Source: Gammaproteobacteria bacterium (lineage in GTDB: Bacteria; Pseudomonadota; Gammaproteobacteria; Tethybacterales; G965206325). Taken from it: a DNA stretch of 64,000 nucleotides. How positions within the stretch are numbered: the first letter of the stretch is position 1; every line of letters begins with the position of its first letter. Below are positions 19,544-30,418 of this stretch, in pieces. The position numbers and the translations under genes were made by a program. The stretch covers positions 104,687 through 168,686 of the forward strand of contig OZ242208.1 of NCBI GenBank assembly GCA_965206325.1, given 5' to 3'. Under the pieces are notes generated by a model that ran no database searches, was not told where the DNA came from, and was given only the letters and a program-made list of their open reading frames with translations.

Positions 19544-20842
19544 TTAAGATCCGCCCGGCGTTTTCTTAATTAAACTGCCGTATTGCTGAGTCAGCAGATA
19601 ATGCTGAACCTGCTCCATAAAATCCAGCGACACCACAACAATAATCAGCAGCGAAGTCCCGCCGAAATAAAACGGCACGCCGAATCGCGTAATCAAAAGT
19701 TCCGGCAGCAGGCACACGCATGCAATGTAAATGGAGCCCATCATCGTCAGCCGAGTCACTACTTTTCCCAGATAGCCGGCAGTTTGCTCGCCGGGGCGAA
19801 TCCCCGGAATAAACGCGCCGTTCTTGCGCAAAACATCGGCGGTTTCGCGCGGATTGTAAACCAGCCCGACATAAAAAAAGCAGAAGAAAATAATCGCCGC
19901 CGTCAAAGCCAGCAGATACATCGGCTGCCCCTGCCCCAATAATGCGCTGATATCGCGCAGCCAGCCGGCGCCGCCGGTTTCGGCGAAACTCGTCAACTGC
20001 GCCGGAAATAAAACAATCGCATAGGCGAAAATCGCCGGCATCACGCCCGCCATATTCAATTTAAGCGGAAGATGCGAACGCTGTCCGCCGTAAAGCCGCC
20101 CGCCGACCTGACGCTTTGCATAATTTAATGGCACCCGCCGCTGCCCTCTTTCCAAGAAAACGACTCCCGCCAAAACCGCCAATGCGCCCGCAAAAACGAA
20201 CAGCGCAAAAATCGGATTGAAAGTGCCGAGCCGCACTAATTCCAGCGTCTGCCCGATGGCGCTCGGCAGTCCCGAAACAATGCTTGCAAAAATAATCAGC
20301 GAAATGCCGTTGCCAATTCCGCGCTCCGAAATTTGCTCGCCGAGCCACATCAAAAAAACCGTCCCGGCGACCAGCGAAATTACCGTCGTCGCTTCAAACA
20401 GTGCGCCCGACTCCAACGCCAGACCTTCCTGACGCTCAATGAAAGTCGCCGTCACATATCCTTGAAACATCGCCAGAAAGACGGTGCCGATGCGCGTGTA
20501 TTGGGTGATTTTGCGCCGTCCGGCGGTGCCTTCTTTTTTCAATTCCTCCAATTGCGGCACCGTGTAGGCGGCGAGATTCATAATGATGGAGGCGGTGATA
20601 TAAGGAAAGATTCCCAGCGTCATCACCGACAAGCGCGCCAGCGAGCCGCCCGAAAACACATTCAGCAAATCCAGAATCCCCCCGCCGCCGCCCTGCGAAA
20701 ACAAAGAGCGCAATTGACTCTGGTCGATTCCCGGAATCGGAATGTGCGCGCCGATGCGAAAAACAATCAGCGCGCCCAGCAGAAAAAACAGGCGGCGGCG
20801 AAGGTCGCCCATGCGTGATTCATCGGCGAGCGGCCGCGCCAT
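19544..20842 (-). CDS. secY: Preprotein translocase SecY
   Basis: LGIFPYITASII, GIGNGISLIIF, FIPGIRPG, FGGTSLLIIV. Confidence 0.98.
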   Translation of the reverse strand: MARPLADESRMGDLRRRLFFLLGALIVFRIGAHIPIPGIDQSQLRSLFSQGGGGGILDLLNVFSGGSLARLSVMTLGIFPYITASIIMNLAAYTVPQLEELKKEGTAGRRKITQYTRIGTVFLAMFQGYVTATFIERQEGLALESGALFEATTVISLVAGTVFLMWLGEQISERGIGNGISLIIFASIVSGLPSAIGQTLELVRLGTFNPIFALFVFAGALAVLAGVVFLERGQRRVPLNYAKRQVGGRLYGGQRSHLPLKLNMAGVMPAIFAYAIVLFPAQLTSFAETGGAGWLRDISALLGQGQPMYLLALTAAIIFFCFFYVGLVYNPRETADVLRKNGAFIPGIRPGEQTAGYLGKVVTRLTMMGSIYIACVCLLPELLITRFGVPFYFGGTSLLIIVVVSLDFMEQVQHYLLTQQYGSLIKKTPGGS

Positions 20843-21363
20843 CAAACTGCCGAATCGCTTGCCGCTGCGGAGTCGCCTGCGACCCCAGAGTCGCTCGCAA
20901 CCGCAGAATCATCTGCGACTATCGAGCCGCCGGCGGCTTCTACGGCGGCGCGAGCCCCGCGCGTCGCCGGAATTCCCTTAACCACCACGGCGCGCCGAAT
21001 CTCCCCCGATTTAATTAATTTGACGAATTTGACATCGTGCCGCAAAAGACCTTTTTGCCGCAGCGTCTCCGCCGTCACTTCCGATTCGCCGATGCGCTCC
21101 AAATCCGAAAGCCGCACCTGCGCCCGAAAAAGCCCCTTGCGCGATACAAATCCGCGCTTCGGAATGCGTCGCTGCAGAGGCATTTGTCCGCCTTCAAAGC
21201 CGGCCGGGACGCCGCCGCCGCTGCGCGAATTTTGTCCTTTGTGGCCGCGTCCGCAGGTTTTTCCGCGTCCGCTGCCGATGCCGCGTCCAACCCGCCGACC
21301 GCTCTTATGCGAGCCGGGCGCCGGACTCAAAGTATTTAAGCGCGTGTCCATTTCATCCGCCAT
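20842..21363 (-). CDS. rplO: 50S ribosomal protein L15
   Basis: [27 protein letters not shown]; start reassigned to 21363. Confidence 0.97.
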   Translation of the reverse strand: MADEMDTRLNTLSPAPGSHKSGRRVGRGIGSGRGKTCGRGHKGQNSRSGGGVPAGFEGGQMPLQRRIPKRGFVSRKGLFRAQVRLSDLERIGESEVTAETLRQKGLLRHDVKFVKLIKSGEIRRAVVVKGIPATRGARAAVEAAGGSIVADDSAVASDSGVAGDSAAASDSAV

Positions 21364-21364
21364 T

Positions 21365-21937
21365 TTATTCCGCCGTTTTTTCCGAAGATGATTCTTCGGC
21401 GGACGATTCGGCGAGCTTGCGCGGACGCCTTCCTGTCGCGCGGTGGCGGTCGCGAATTTCCCGAATCGGCTTGCCACGCTTCGCCGCAATTTCGGCGGGC
21501 GAGCGCACCGCCCCCAAAGCGGAAAGAGTCGCCCGCAGCAAATTGTGCGGATTGGTGGAGCCGATGCTTTTCGCCAGCACATCGCGCACGCCAGCGGCTT
21601 CCATCACCGCCCGCATCGGTCCGCCGGCGATAACGCCCGTGCCGGCCGACGCCGGCTGCACCACCACTTTGGAGGCACCGTGCCGTCCGCGCACTTCATG
21701 AAAAATCGTCCCTTCGCGCAGGCCGATTTTAATCATTTCGCGCTTTGCCTGCTCCATCGCTTTGGAGACGGCAAGCGGCACTTCGCGCGCTTTGCCCTTT
21801 CCCATTCCGACTCGGCCTTCGCCGTTGCCGACTACCGCCAGCGCGGAAAAACTGAGAATGCGACCGCCCTTGACGACTTTCGTCACCCGGTTGACCCGCA
21901 CTAATTTTTCGATGAGATTTCGCCCGTCGTCCGCCAT
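21365..21937 (-). CDS. rpsE: 30S ribosomal protein S5
   Basis: [26 protein letters not shown]. Confidence 0.98.
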   Translation of the reverse strand: MADDGRNLIEKLVRVNRVTKVVKGGRILSFSALAVVGNGEGRVGMGKGKAREVPLAVSKAMEQAKREMIKIGLREGTIFHEVRGRHGASKVVVQPASAGTGVIAGGPMRAVMEAAGVRDVLAKSIGSTNPHNLLRATLSALGAVRSPAEIAAKRGKPIREIRDRHRATGRRPRKLAESSAEESSSEKTAE

Positions 21938-21948
21938 TTTCTTTCCCG

Positions 21949-22323
21949 CTAAAATTCCAAACCGCCGGCGCGCGCGCCTTCGGCGAGCGCCCGTACACGC
22001 CCGTGATACTTCAAGCCGCCGCGGTCAAAAGCCACCCGCGCGACTCCCTTTGCTTTCGCGCGCTCGGCAATTAATCGCCCAATCGCTTCGGCGGCGGCGA
22101 CGGTCGCCCCCGATGAAAATTTCTCCTGCATATCCTTTTCCAAAGTGGAAGCGGCGGCGGCGACTCGCGCGTCCACCCCGACAACCTGCGCATACATGTG
22201 GCGGCCGCTACGATGCGCCACCAAGCGATGCACCTTCTGCCGCGCAATCAATTGGCGAGTCCGCCGCGCCCGCACCAATCGGCGCGACCGCCGAGTAGCG
22301 CCGCGATTTAATTGCGTCTTCAT
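21949..22323 (-). CDS. rplR: 50S ribosomal protein L18
   Basis: [17 protein letters not shown]-terminus. Confidence 0.97.
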   Translation of the reverse strand: MKTQLNRGATRRSRRLVRARRTRQLIARQKVHRLVAHRSGRHMYAQVVGVDARVAAAASTLEKDMQEKFSSGATVAAAEAIGRLIAERAKAKGVARVAFDRGGLKYHGRVRALAEGARAGGLEF

Positions 22324-22865
22324 TTCTTCTTCGTCTCTTTCATTGCAATTCGCTCGCCGCGATGGCGCACGCCCTTGCCCTTGTAAGGCTCCGGCGGACG
22401 GAATTGGCGAATGTCAGCGGCGACCTGCCCCAACAGCGCTTTGTCCGCCCCGCGCAGAATCAATTCGCCCGGCGTGGGCGTCGCCGCCGTTACGCCGTCC
22501 GGCAACTGATAAGCGACCGGATGCGAAAAGCCCAAAGCAAGCCGCACTTCTTTTTCCGACGCCTGCGCGCGATAGCCCACGCCGACTAATTCCAGCACGC
22601 GCTCAAATCCTTTTGCCGCCCCTTCCGCCATCCCAAAAATAATTCGCCAGTAAGTGCCGGAAAGGGCGCGCGCGCGAATGCCGTTTTCCGCGGCGGTCAC
22701 GCGAATTTCGCCGCCGTCGGAATCAGAATGAAACTCCACTTTCACCGCTGAATGCAAGGCGCGGGAAACTTCGCCCGCCGGGCCCTTCATCGCAATTTCG
22801 CGGGCGGAAATTTTCACTTCCACGGCGGCGGGAATTTTAATCGGCTTTCGAGTGAGACGCGACAT
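22320..22865 (-). CDS. rplF: 50S ribosomal protein L6
   Basis: [21 protein letters not shown]. Confidence 0.98.
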   Translation of the reverse strand: MSRLTRKPIKIPAAVEVKISAREIAMKGPAGEVSRALHSAVKVEFHSDSDGGEIRVTAAENGIRARALSGTYWRIIFGMAEGAAKGFERVLELVGVGYRAQASEKEVRLALGFSHPVAYQLPDGVTAATPTPGELILRGADKALLGQVAADIRQFRPPEPYKGKGVRHRGERIAMKETKKK

Positions 22866-22866
22866 A

Positions 22867-23259
22867 TCAAGCCACCAAGCACAGCACTTCGCCGCCGACG
22901 CCCAATTCGCGCGCGCGATGATCGCTCATAACGCCCTGCGAAGTGGACACCACCGCTACGCCGAGTCCCTGCCGCACCGGCCGCAATTGTCCGGCGCGAC
23001 GATAGCGGCGCAATCCGGGACGGCTTTCGCGCTGCAGCATTTCAATTACCGGACGGCCGCCGGCGTAGTATTTAATTTCCACCGTCAAGTCGCGCGAATT
23101 TTCGCCGACGGAAAAGCCGTCTATGTATCCCTCGTCCTGCAGAACCTGCAGAATCGCCCGCTTGACTTTGCTGTCGGGGCAGGAAACCGTCGGACGGCCG
23201 ACCGCCTGCGCATTTTTAATGCGCGCCAGCAAATCGGCAATGGGGTCGCTCATGCTCAT
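22867..23259 (-). CDS. rpsH: 30S ribosomal protein S8
   Basis: [23 protein letters not shown]. Confidence 0.98.
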   Translation of the reverse strand: MSMSDPIADLLARIKNAQAVGRPTVSCPDSKVKRAILQVLQDEGYIDGFSVGENSRDLTVEIKYYAGGRPVIEMLQRESRPGLRRYRRAGQLRPVRQGLGVAVVSTSQGVMSDHRARELGVGGEVLCLVA

Positions 23260-23275
23260 TTTTTCTCCGCCTCCG

Positions 23276-23581
23276 CTACCAACTCGCTTTGACGATGCCG
23301 GGGATTTCTCCGCGCATCGCCATTTCGCGCAATTTATTGCGGCCGAGTCCGAAGCGGCGAAAAACGCCCCGGCCCCGACCCGTCAGCGCGCAGCGATTCC
23401 GCAGGCGCGTGCGGCTGGAATCGCGCGGCATCTGCTGAAGACGGCGCAAGGCCGATTCCTTTTCCGCCGTTTTCGCTTTGCGGTCGTGCAGAATGCGCGT
23501 CAAGGCGCTTCGTCGCCGCGCGAATTGGGCGGCGAGTTTCGCCCGCTTTTGATTGCGATTGACCACCGATTTTTTCGCCAT
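23276..23581 (-). CDS. rpsN: 30S ribosomal protein S14 (long, zinc-independent form)
   Basis: [22 protein letters not shown]. Confidence 0.97.
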   Translation of the reverse strand: MAKKSVVNRNQKRAKLAAQFARRRSALTRILHDRKAKTAEKESALRRLQQMPRDSSRTRLRNRCALTGRGRGVFRRFGLGRNKLREMAMRGEIPGIVKASW

Positions 23582-23592
23582 TGCCGTCCTCG

Positions 23593-24132
23593 TCAAGTCC
23601 TGATGGGAAAGCCCATCTCCAAAAAAAGTTCGCGGGCGTCGTCGTCGTTTTTCGCGCTGGTGGTGATGCTGACATCCAAGCCGCGCAGCGCGTCAATTTT
23701 TTCGTATTCCACTTCCGGAAAGACGATTTGCTCGGTAACGCCCAAACTGTAATTACCGCGCCCATCGAATCCGCGCAGCGGCAAGCCGCGAAAATCCCGC
23801 GTGCGCGGCAATGCGATTGTGACCAAGCGGTCAAAAAAATCATACATTCGCCGCCGCCGCAGAGTCGCCTTGCAGCCGATGGGGAATCCCTTCCGAATCT
23901 TAAAAGTGGCGACGGATTTGCGCGCGCGCGTCATCACCGGCTTTTGCCCGGCGATTCGCTCAAGGTCGCGCATTGCCGCTTCCAGCATTTTCTTGTCGGC
24001 GGCCGCCTCGCCGACGCCCATATTCAGCGTGATTTTCACCAGCCGCGGCGCGGCGTGCGGCGATTTCCAGCCGCGCTTTTTCATCAGCGACGGCATCGCC
24101 GATTTGCGGTAATGCTCCAAAAGACGCGACAT
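23593..24132 (-). CDS. rplE: 50S ribosomal protein L5
   Basis: [24 protein letters not shown]. Confidence 0.98.
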   Translation of the reverse strand: MSRLLEHYRKSAMPSLMKKRGWKSPHAAPRLVKITLNMGVGEAAADKKMLEAAMRDLERIAGQKPVMTRARKSVATFKIRKGFPIGCKATLRRRRMYDFFDRLVTIALPRTRDFRGLPLRGFDGRGNYSLGVTEQIVFPEVEYEKIDALRGLDVSITTSAKNDDDARELFLEMGFPIRT

Positions 24133-24134
24133 TG

Positions 24135-24461
24135 CTACACCGCTTTTCCATCGGCGGCGAACACCCGATTTTTTTTGCCGTCCGCCCCAGTTTGAATTCG
24201 CACTCGGCCGCCCCGCCCCGCCGCCGGATTAAACACCGCCACATTGGAAATGTGCATCGGCGACTCAATCGTCACAATTCCGCCGGGGTCGTTAATCTGC
24301 GGATTCGGGCGGCGATGCTTTTTGAGAGTCCCCGCGCCTTCCACCAAAACGCGCGCGGCGCGGCCGTCCTTGCCGACAACGACGCGCTTGACCGTCCCGC
24401 GCGACCCCTTATCGCGTCCGGCCAGAATCATCACTTCGTCGCCTTTTTTAATTTTACGCAT
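24135..24461 (-). CDS. rplX: 50S ribosomal protein L24
   Basis: [21 protein letters not shown]. Confidence 0.97.
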   Translation of the reverse strand: MRKIKKGDEVMILAGRDKGSRGTVKRVVVGKDGRAARVLVEGAGTLKKHRRPNPQINDPGGIVTIESPMHISNVAVFNPAAGRGGRVRIQTGADGKKNRVFAADGKAV

Positions 24462-24463
24462 AA

Positions 24464-24832
24464 TCAAAAAACCTCCGGCGCCAGCGAGACGATTTTCATA
24501 AACTTTTCGCTCCGCAATTCGCGCGTGACCGGGCCGAAAACCCGCGTGCCAATCGGCTCCAAACGCGGATTCAAAAGCACGGCGGCGTTGGCGTCAAACT
24601 TAATCAGCGAACCGTCGGGGCGGCGCACGCCTTTCACCGTCCGCACGACAAGGGCGTGATGCACTTCGCCTTTTTTCACCCGTCCGCGCGGCAGCGCCTG
24701 CTTGACGCTGACTTTGATTAAATCGCCGATTCCAGCGTAGCGGCGCTTGGAGCCGCCCAGCACTTTAATGCACATCAGCGATTTCGCCCCGGTGTTGTCG
24801 GCGGCTTCCAAGCGGGTTTGCACTTGAATCAT
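24464..24832 (-). CDS. rplN: 50S ribosomal protein L14
   Basis: [21 protein letters not shown]. Confidence 0.98.
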   Translation of the reverse strand: MIQVQTRLEAADNTGAKSLMCIKVLGGSKRRYAGIGDLIKVSVKQALPRGRVKKGEVHHALVVRTVKGVRRPDGSLIKFDANAAVLLNPRLEPIGTRVFGPVTRELRSEKFMKIVSLAPEVF

Positions 24833-25476
24833 CGCGTCTTCTCCTCGTCCGATTCCGCCGAAATTCCAGAGGATTCTGTTGACGACTCACCCGTGTTTTC
24901 AGCGGAATCCTTCACGGGCAATTCAGCGGCATTTTCCTTTTCGACGATGTCATCTTTGGAAGAATCTTCCGCCGCCGACTCGCCGCTGCTTTCGCTTTTG
25001 GCGGAATCTTCCGCAACCGATTCGCTTGGCGATTCGGCTTCGGATTCGCTTTGAGTCGCCGGCGATTCCGCAGCGGGGGATTCTTCCGCCGCCGCTTGCG
25101 GAGTCGGAATTTCCTCAGCCGATTCCGCCGCCGGTTCCACCTTGGGCTTTTTGACGGCGTCAAGGACGACGGCGTCCATTTCGGCGACCGCCGCATCTTC
25201 CACCGGCGACAGCAATTCGGCGTCGGCTGCGACGGCGCGCTCAATCACCCGCCACGCTTTGGTTTTGGAGATTCGGCGGCATTCTTCAATCACCACTTTA
25301 TCGCCGACGACGCAGGCGTTTTCGGCATCGTGCACTTGAAAATAGCGGCGGCGGCGAATAATCTTGCGATACAGCCGATGCGCCGTCAAACGCTCCACGC
25401 GGACTTTCACCGTCTTGTCGGCACGATTGCCGACGACGACGCCCTGCAGGCGCGATTTGGTTTTAATTTCGCTCAT
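24829..25476 (-). CDS. rpsQ: 30S ribosomal protein S17 with long acidic C-terminal extension
   Basis: S17 core in first ~82 aa (DKTV, HDAEN, ISKTKAW), followed by ~130 aa rich in E/S/A/D. Confidence 0.95.
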   Translation of the reverse strand: MSEIKTKSRLQGVVVGNRADKTVKVRVERLTAHRLYRKIIRRRRYFQVHDAENACVVGDKVVIEECRRISKTKAWRVIERAVAADAELLSPVEDAAVAEMDAVVLDAVKKPKVEPAAESAEEIPTPQAAAEESPAAESPATQSESEAESPSESVAEDSAKSESSGESAAEDSSKDDIVEKENAAELPVKDSAENTGESSTESSGISAESDEEKTR

Positions 25477-25664
25477 TGCGCTTTTTCCCGGAGCACGGTT
25501 TTCGCCCGCGCAATTTCGCGCCGCAGACGCGGCAATTCGCTGGTTTTCTTTAATTGCTGCGTCGCTTTCTGCAGGCGCAGATTAAAATGCGCGCGCGCCA
25601 AGTCGGCGATTTCCGTTTTCAATTCGTCCGCCGTTTTGACGCGCAATTCTTTCGCCGTCGCCAT
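25473..25664 (-). CDS. rpmC: 50S ribosomal protein L29
   Basis: AKELR, FNLRLQ, RREIARAKT. Confidence 0.96.
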   Translation of the reverse strand: MATAKELRVKTADELKTEIADLARAHFNLRLQKATQQLKKTSELPRLRREIARAKTVLREKAQ

Positions 25665-25667
25665 CGC

Positions 25668-26081
25668 CTAATTCTCCCGCCGGGTGACGAAGCGAGTCGG
25701 CACCGACAACTTGGAATTGGCAAGGCGAAACGCCTCGCGCGCCAGCGATTCGCTCACGCCTTCCATCTCGTAAATCACATGCCCCGGCCGAATCTCGGCG
25801 ACAAAAAATTCGGGATTGCCCTTGCCGCTGCCCATTCGCACTTCCGTCGGCTTTTTAGAAACCGGCTTGTCCGGAAAAACCCGAATCCATAATTTTCCGC
25901 CGCGCTTGACCCGCCGCGTAATCGCCCGCCTTGCGGCTTCAATTTGGCGCGCCGTCAAGCGTCCGCGCCCGGTCGCCTTCATCGCAAATTCGCCGAAACT
26001 CACCCGCGTCCCGGCGCAGGCAAAGCCGCGATTGCGCCCCTTATGACGCTTGCGATATTTCATTCGCGCCGGCTGCAGCAT
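25668..26081 (-). CDS. rplP: 50S ribosomal protein L16
   Basis: MLQP, QIEAAR, RMGSGKG. Confidence 0.98.
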   Translation of the reverse strand: MLQPARMKYRKRHKGRNRGFACAGTRVSFGEFAMKATGRGRLTARQIEAARRAITRRVKRGGKLWIRVFPDKPVSKKPTEVRMGSGKGNPEFFVAEIRPGHVIYEMEGVSESLAREAFRLANSKLSVPTRFVTRREN

Positions 26082-26992
26082 CAGGATTCCTCGTTTTCTT
26101 TGCCGCCGTCGCTTTCGGCGATGGTGGATTTTTTGTCGTCGCTGCCGCCGTCGTCGTCGTTATTTTTGGCGACGATGGAATCGGCGGCGACAGAATCCGC
26201 TGCTTCGTTTGCAGCCGAATCGTCGCTTTTAATTTTGGCGTTGAATTCTTCGGCGACGGCGGAATCGACAGAATCAGAATCGCTTTCGGCGGCGGATTCG
26301 GGTTTTGCTTCGTCGGCGGATGGCGCTGCGGCGGCAACGGGGCGCTTGAATTTTTTGACATCGCCGAATCTTTCGCCGTTGAAAACCCAAACTTTAACGC
26401 CAATTGCGCCCATCGCCGTTTTGGCAACGGCAAAGCCGTAGTCAATATCGGCGCGCAGCGTGTGCAGAGGGACGCGGCCTTCGCGATACCATTCGGTGCG
26501 TGCGATTTCCGCGCCGTTAAGCCGCCCCGAGCTCATAATTTTAATGCCCTCCGCGCCGAGCCGCATGGCGTTGGCGAGAGCGCGCTTCATCGCCCGGCGA
26601 AACATAATTCGCCGCTCTAATTGCGAGGCGATATTCATCGCAATCAATTGGGCTTCGCGCTCCGGCTGGCGAATTTCTTGAATATCCGCGCTTAAATCGC
26701 GCACCTGCAGAATCTCCGCCAATTTGGCGCGCAGCTTGCCGATGTCCTCCCCCTTCTTGCCGATGACCATCCCCGGGCGCGCCGTGTGAATGACAACCCG
26801 CGCGCTTTTGGACGGACGCTCAATTTCAATTTTGCTTATCGCCGCCTGCGGATACTGCCGCAGAATGTATTCGCGCGCCGCCGAATCCGACAGCACCATC
26901 GCCGAAAAATCCCGCGACCGCGCAAACCACCGCGACTGCCAATCGCGGCGCACCGACAGCCGATAGCCGACCGGATGAATCTTCTGTCCCAT
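26081..26992 (-). CDS. rpsC: 30S ribosomal protein S3 with acidic tail
   Basis: [29 protein letters not shown]; ~85-aa acidic tail. Confidence 0.98.
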   Translation of the reverse strand: MGQKIHPVGYRLSVRRDWQSRWFARSRDFSAMVLSDSAAREYILRQYPQAAISKIEIERPSKSARVVIHTARPGMVIGKKGEDIGKLRAKLAEILQVRDLSADIQEIRQPEREAQLIAMNIASQLERRIMFRRAMKRALANAMRLGAEGIKIMSSGRLNGAEIARTEWYREGRVPLHTLRADIDYGFAVAKTAMGAIGVKVWVFNGERFGDVKKFKRPVAAAAPSADEAKPESAAESDSDSVDSAVAEEFNAKIKSDDSAANEAADSVAADSIVAKNNDDDGGSDDKKSTIAESDGGKENEES

Positions 26993-27339
26993 CAGACCTT
27001 TCCTTCCTCGGTGTAGCCGACTACAATTTCTATGTTGCTGCGCCGCCGAATGTATCGCCCCGCCCGTCCTTTCGCGCGCGCGCGAAAACGCTTGAGACGC
27101 ATGCCGTCGCCGACCTGCACCGACATAACCTGCAGACGGTCGACATCCGCGTTTTGATTGTTTTCGGCGTTGGAAATGGCGGAATTAAGCGCCTTGCGCA
27201 AAATTGCCGCCGCTTTTTTCGGACTGAACGCCAGCGCGTCCAAAGCGCGATCCACCGCCAATCCGCGCACCATATCGGCGACCAGCCGCCCTTTCTGCGG
27301 CGACACCTGCGCGTTTCTAATCAGGGCGCGCGCTTTCAT
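26992..27339 (-). CDS. rplV: 50S ribosomal protein L22
   Basis: [25 protein letters not shown]. Confidence 0.97.
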   Translation of the reverse strand: MKARALIRNAQVSPQKGRLVADMVRGLAVDRALDALAFSPKKAAAILRKALNSAISNAENNQNADVDRLQVMSVQVGDGMRLKRFRARAKGRAGRYIRRRSNIEIVVGYTEEGKV

Positions 27340-27653
27340 TTCTTCTTCGGCGGACGCTTGCCGCCGCCGCTTTTCTTCGCCGCCGTCGTTTTGTCGCCGG
27401 TGGGATGACCGCGAAAAGTGCGCGTCGGGGAGAATTCGCCCAAACGATGGCCAATCATATTTTCAGTGACGAACACCGGCATGTGCTGCCTGCCGTTGTG
27501 GACGGCAATCGTCAGCCCGACAAATTCCGGCGTCACCATAGAGCGACGCGACCAAGTTTTAATTTGGCGGCGGTCGCGGTTTTCCTGCGCGTGGCGGACT
27601 TTGTCCAGCAGATGGTAATCCACCATCGCGCCTTTTTTAAGCGAACGCGACAT
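27336..27653 (-). CDS. rpsS: 30S ribosomal protein S19
   Basis: [26 protein letters not shown]. Confidence 0.98.
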   Translation of the reverse strand: MSRSLKKGAMVDYHLLDKVRHAQENRDRRQIKTWSRRSMVTPEFVGLTIAVHNGRQHMPVFVTENMIGHRLGEFSPTRTFRGHPTGDKTTAAKKSGGGKRPPKKK

Positions 27654-28495
27654 CAGCGTTTTTCCCTTCTGCCGCGGCCGCGACGCGATACAATCATTTT
27701 GCCGGTTCGCTTGTTGTGCCGTGTGCGGTATCCTTTCGCCGGCTGTCCCCACGGACTGCACGGAATGCGGTTGGATTTGCTGCGACCTTCGCCGCCGCCC
27801 ATCGGATGATCAATCGGATTCATCACCATCCCCCGCACATGCGGACGACGCCCCCGATGACGAGTCGCCCCCGCCTTGCCGAGTTTCTGCAGAAAATGCT
27901 CGCCGTTGCCGGTCTCACCGATAGTCGCCCGGCAGCGCGACGGCACTTTTCGCACTTCGCCGGATTTAAGGCGCAATAAAGCGAATTCGCCGTCCAACGC
28001 GAGAAATTGCACCGACGCCCCCGCCGCCCGCGCAATTTGGGCGCCCTTGCCGGGCTTCATTTCTACGCAATGCACGACCTGCCCCAGCGGAATCGCCGAC
28101 AGCGGCATCGCGGTGCCGGGGCGAATTGGCGAGCCCGGGCCGCTCTGCACCGAATCGCCCGAATGAACTCCCGACGGGGCGATGATGTATCGCCGCTCGC
28201 CGTCGGCGTAGCACAAAAGCGCAATGTGCGCGCTGCGATTCGGGTCGTATTCAAGCCGCTCCACCGTCGCCGGAATGCCGTCCTTGTCCCGCCGAAAATC
28301 AATCAGCCGATACCGCCGCTTGTGTCCGCCTCCGCGATGGCGCATTGTGATTCGCCCATGCGCGTTGCGTCCGCCGGTTCTGGTTTTCTTTACAACCAAA
28401 GGCGCGTAAGGATCGCCGCGATGCAAATTCTCGCGGGTCGCCTTGACCATTCCGCGACGGCCGGGCGATGTCGGCTTTTGCTTGATGACCGCCAT
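27653..28495 (-). CDS. rplB: 50S ribosomal protein L2
   Basis: [22 protein letters not shown]. Confidence 0.98.
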   Translation of the reverse strand: MAVIKQKPTSPGRRGMVKATRENLHRGDPYAPLVVKKTRTGGRNAHGRITMRHRGGGHKRRYRLIDFRRDKDGIPATVERLEYDPNRSAHIALLCYADGERRYIIAPSGVHSGDSVQSGPGSPIRPGTAMPLSAIPLGQVVHCVEMKPGKGAQIARAAGASVQFLALDGEFALLRLKSGEVRKVPSRCRATIGETGNGEHFLQKLGKAGATRHRGRRPHVRGMVMNPIDHPMGGGEGRSKSNRIPCSPWGQPAKGYRTRHNKRTGKMIVSRRGRGRREKR

Positions 28496-28812
28496 CAGCC
28501 CGCCTCCCCGAAACTAATATCCTGCCCTTCGCCGAGGCGGACATATGCTTTTTTCCAATTGCGGCGACGGCCGGTAATCATTCCGCGTCCGGCGGGTTTG
28601 CCGTGGACATTCAGCACGCGGACGGCATCCACTTTCACTTCAAACATTTTTTCCGTCGCATCTTTAATTTCGCGGCGGGTGGCGTCGACGCGCACGCGAA
28701 ACGAAGCGGTGCGCCGATTTTCCATAATATCGGTGCTTTTTTCCGACACAATCGGCGCGATGATAATTTTAGCGAGGCGCTCGTCGCGGCTGGAATCGTT
28801 CTTCAAGCCCAT
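28495..28812 (-). CDS. rplW: 50S ribosomal protein L23
   Basis: [15 protein letters not shown]. Confidence 0.97.
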   Translation of the reverse strand: MGLKNDSSRDERLAKIIIAPIVSEKSTDIMENRRTASFRVRVDATRREIKDATEKMFEVKVDAVRVLNVHGKPAGRGMITGRRRNWKKAYVRLGEGQDISFGEAG

Positions 28813-29429
28813 ATTTCCTCCGCCCGACGAACCGCCCGCTCCGCAAAAACAACGCGGTCGTAGCGAATTAATTGAGTCGGTCCAAGCTGCGAAATTGTCA
28901 CCGCATTCGCCGTCGGCAAATTGCGGGCGGCGCGCTCCAAGTTGGCGTCCGTCTCCGAATCCACAAACAGCACGCGGCCGGCAAGTCCCATCGCCGCCAT
29001 TCGCACGACGGCGGCTTTTGTTTTGCTTTCCGCCAATTCCAGCGATTCGGCGACGACCAGACGCTTTTCGGCGACAAGCCGAGACAGAATCATCGCCATT
29101 CCGCTGCGAAACATTTTGCGATTAACCTTGCGCCGAAAATTATCTATCGGACTCGACGGAAAAGTCCGACCGCCGCCTCGCCAAATAGGGCTTGACCGCA
29201 TTCCCGCCCGCGCCCGTCCGGTGCCTTTTTGCCGCCACGGCTTCTGCGTGCTGTAATGAACTTGTCCGCGCGTTTTTTGCGCGCGCGTGCCGGCGCGTCC
29301 ATTGGCCTGATACGCCGTCACTAATTGATGAACCAGCGCGCCGTTGTAAGGACGACCAAACAGCGACTCCTTTACTTCAATGCGCCGCGATTCCATCCCG
29401 GCGTCGTTAATCACCGAAAATTCCATCAT
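28803..29429 (-). CDS. rplD: 50S ribosomal protein L4
   Basis: KPWRQKGTGRARAG, WRGGG. Confidence 0.98.
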   Translation of the reverse strand: MMEFSVINDAGMESRRIEVKESLFGRPYNGALVHQLVTAYQANGRAGTRAQKTRGQVHYSTQKPWRQKGTGRARAGMRSSPIWRGGGRTFPSSPIDNFRRKVNRKMFRSGMAMILSRLVAEKRLVVAESLELAESKTKAAVVRMAAMGLAGRVLFVDSETDANLERAARNLPTANAVTISQLGPTQLIRYDRVVFAERAVRRAEEIWA

Positions 29430-30079
29430 CCTTTTTTCGCTTTCGCTTTCGCCGCCGGTTTAATGACGACCGCTTCGCCGTCGGCGCCCGGCACGGGACC
29501 TTTCACTAAAATTAATTTTCGCTCGGCATCAATGCGGACGACGGACAGATTCTGCGTGGTGCATCGCTCACCGCCGAGCCGTCCCGGCATTTTCTTGCCC
29601 GGAAAAACGCGCCCCGGATCTTGGCATTGTCCGATGGAGCCGGGCTTGCGATGCGCCCGCGAATTGCCGTGCGACATGCGGTTGGAACTAAAATGATGAC
29701 GCTTAATCACTCCGGCGAATCCCTTGCCCTTGCTGATTCCGGCGACATCCACGAATTGCCCGACTTCAAACATTTCCGCGCCCAATTCCGCTCCCGGCGA
29801 AATTTCGGCGGCGGCTTCGTCGCTCACGCGGAATTCGCGCAGCATCGCGGCCGGCCCGGCTTCGCTTTTGGCGAGATGCCCAATCAGCGCGCGCGAAAGC
29901 CGCTTCTGCTTGCGCGACCCGAAAGCAATCTGCAATGCCGAATAGCCGTCGCTGGCGGGCGTCTTCACTTGCGCCACCCGATTGTCGGCGACGCCCAGAA
30001 CGGTGACCGCCACCGAAGCCCCGTCGTCGGCGAAAACGCGGGTCATTCCCAATTTGCGACCGATGAGTCCGCCCGCCAT
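29426..30079 (-). CDS. rplC: 50S ribosomal protein L3
   Basis: GRKLGMT, SKGKGFAG, PGRVFPGKKMPG. Confidence 0.98.
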   Translation of the reverse strand: MAGGLIGRKLGMTRVFADDGASVAVTVLGVADNRVAQVKTPASDGYSALQIAFGSRKQKRLSRALIGHLAKSEAGPAAMLREFRVSDEAAAEISPGAELGAEMFEVGQFVDVAGISKGKGFAGVIKRHHFSSNRMSHGNSRAHRKPGSIGQCQDPGRVFPGKKMPGRLGGERCTTQNLSVVRIDAERKLILVKGPVPGADGEAVVIKPAAKAKAKKG

Positions 30080-30418
30080 TTACATCACCTTTAATTCAAC
30101 ATCCACCCCGGCGGGCAGATCCAATTTCATCAGCGCGTCGGTGGTGCGGTCGGTCGGCTCCACGATATCCAGCAGGCGGCTGTGGACGCGAATTTCCAAT
30201 TGCTCGCGCGACTTTTTATTAACATGCGGCGAGCGCAGAAGATCGTATCGCTGCGCCTTCACCGGCAGCGGCACCGGCCCGCGAATCTCCGCCCCCGTCC
30301 GCTTCACCGTGGACACGATGCTTTCGGTGGAACTATCCACGAGTTTATAGTCAAAGCCGCGCAGGCGAATTCGGATTCGCTGCGCTTGGCTTTTAACCGC
30401 CGCCGTCTTCGCCGCCAT
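30080..30418 (-). CDS. rpsJ: 30S ribosomal protein S10
   Basis: [23 protein letters not shown]. Confidence 0.98.
   Translation of the reverse strand: MAAKTAAVKSQAQRIRIRLRGFDYKLVDSSTESIVSTVKRTGAEIRGPVPLPVKAQRYDLLRSPHVNKKSREQLEIRVHSRLLDIVEPTDRTTDALMKLDLPAGVDVELKVM

Noticed and set aside
28007-29125. 372-aa plus-strand ORF
   Set aside because: Antisense to rplB/rplW/rplD.
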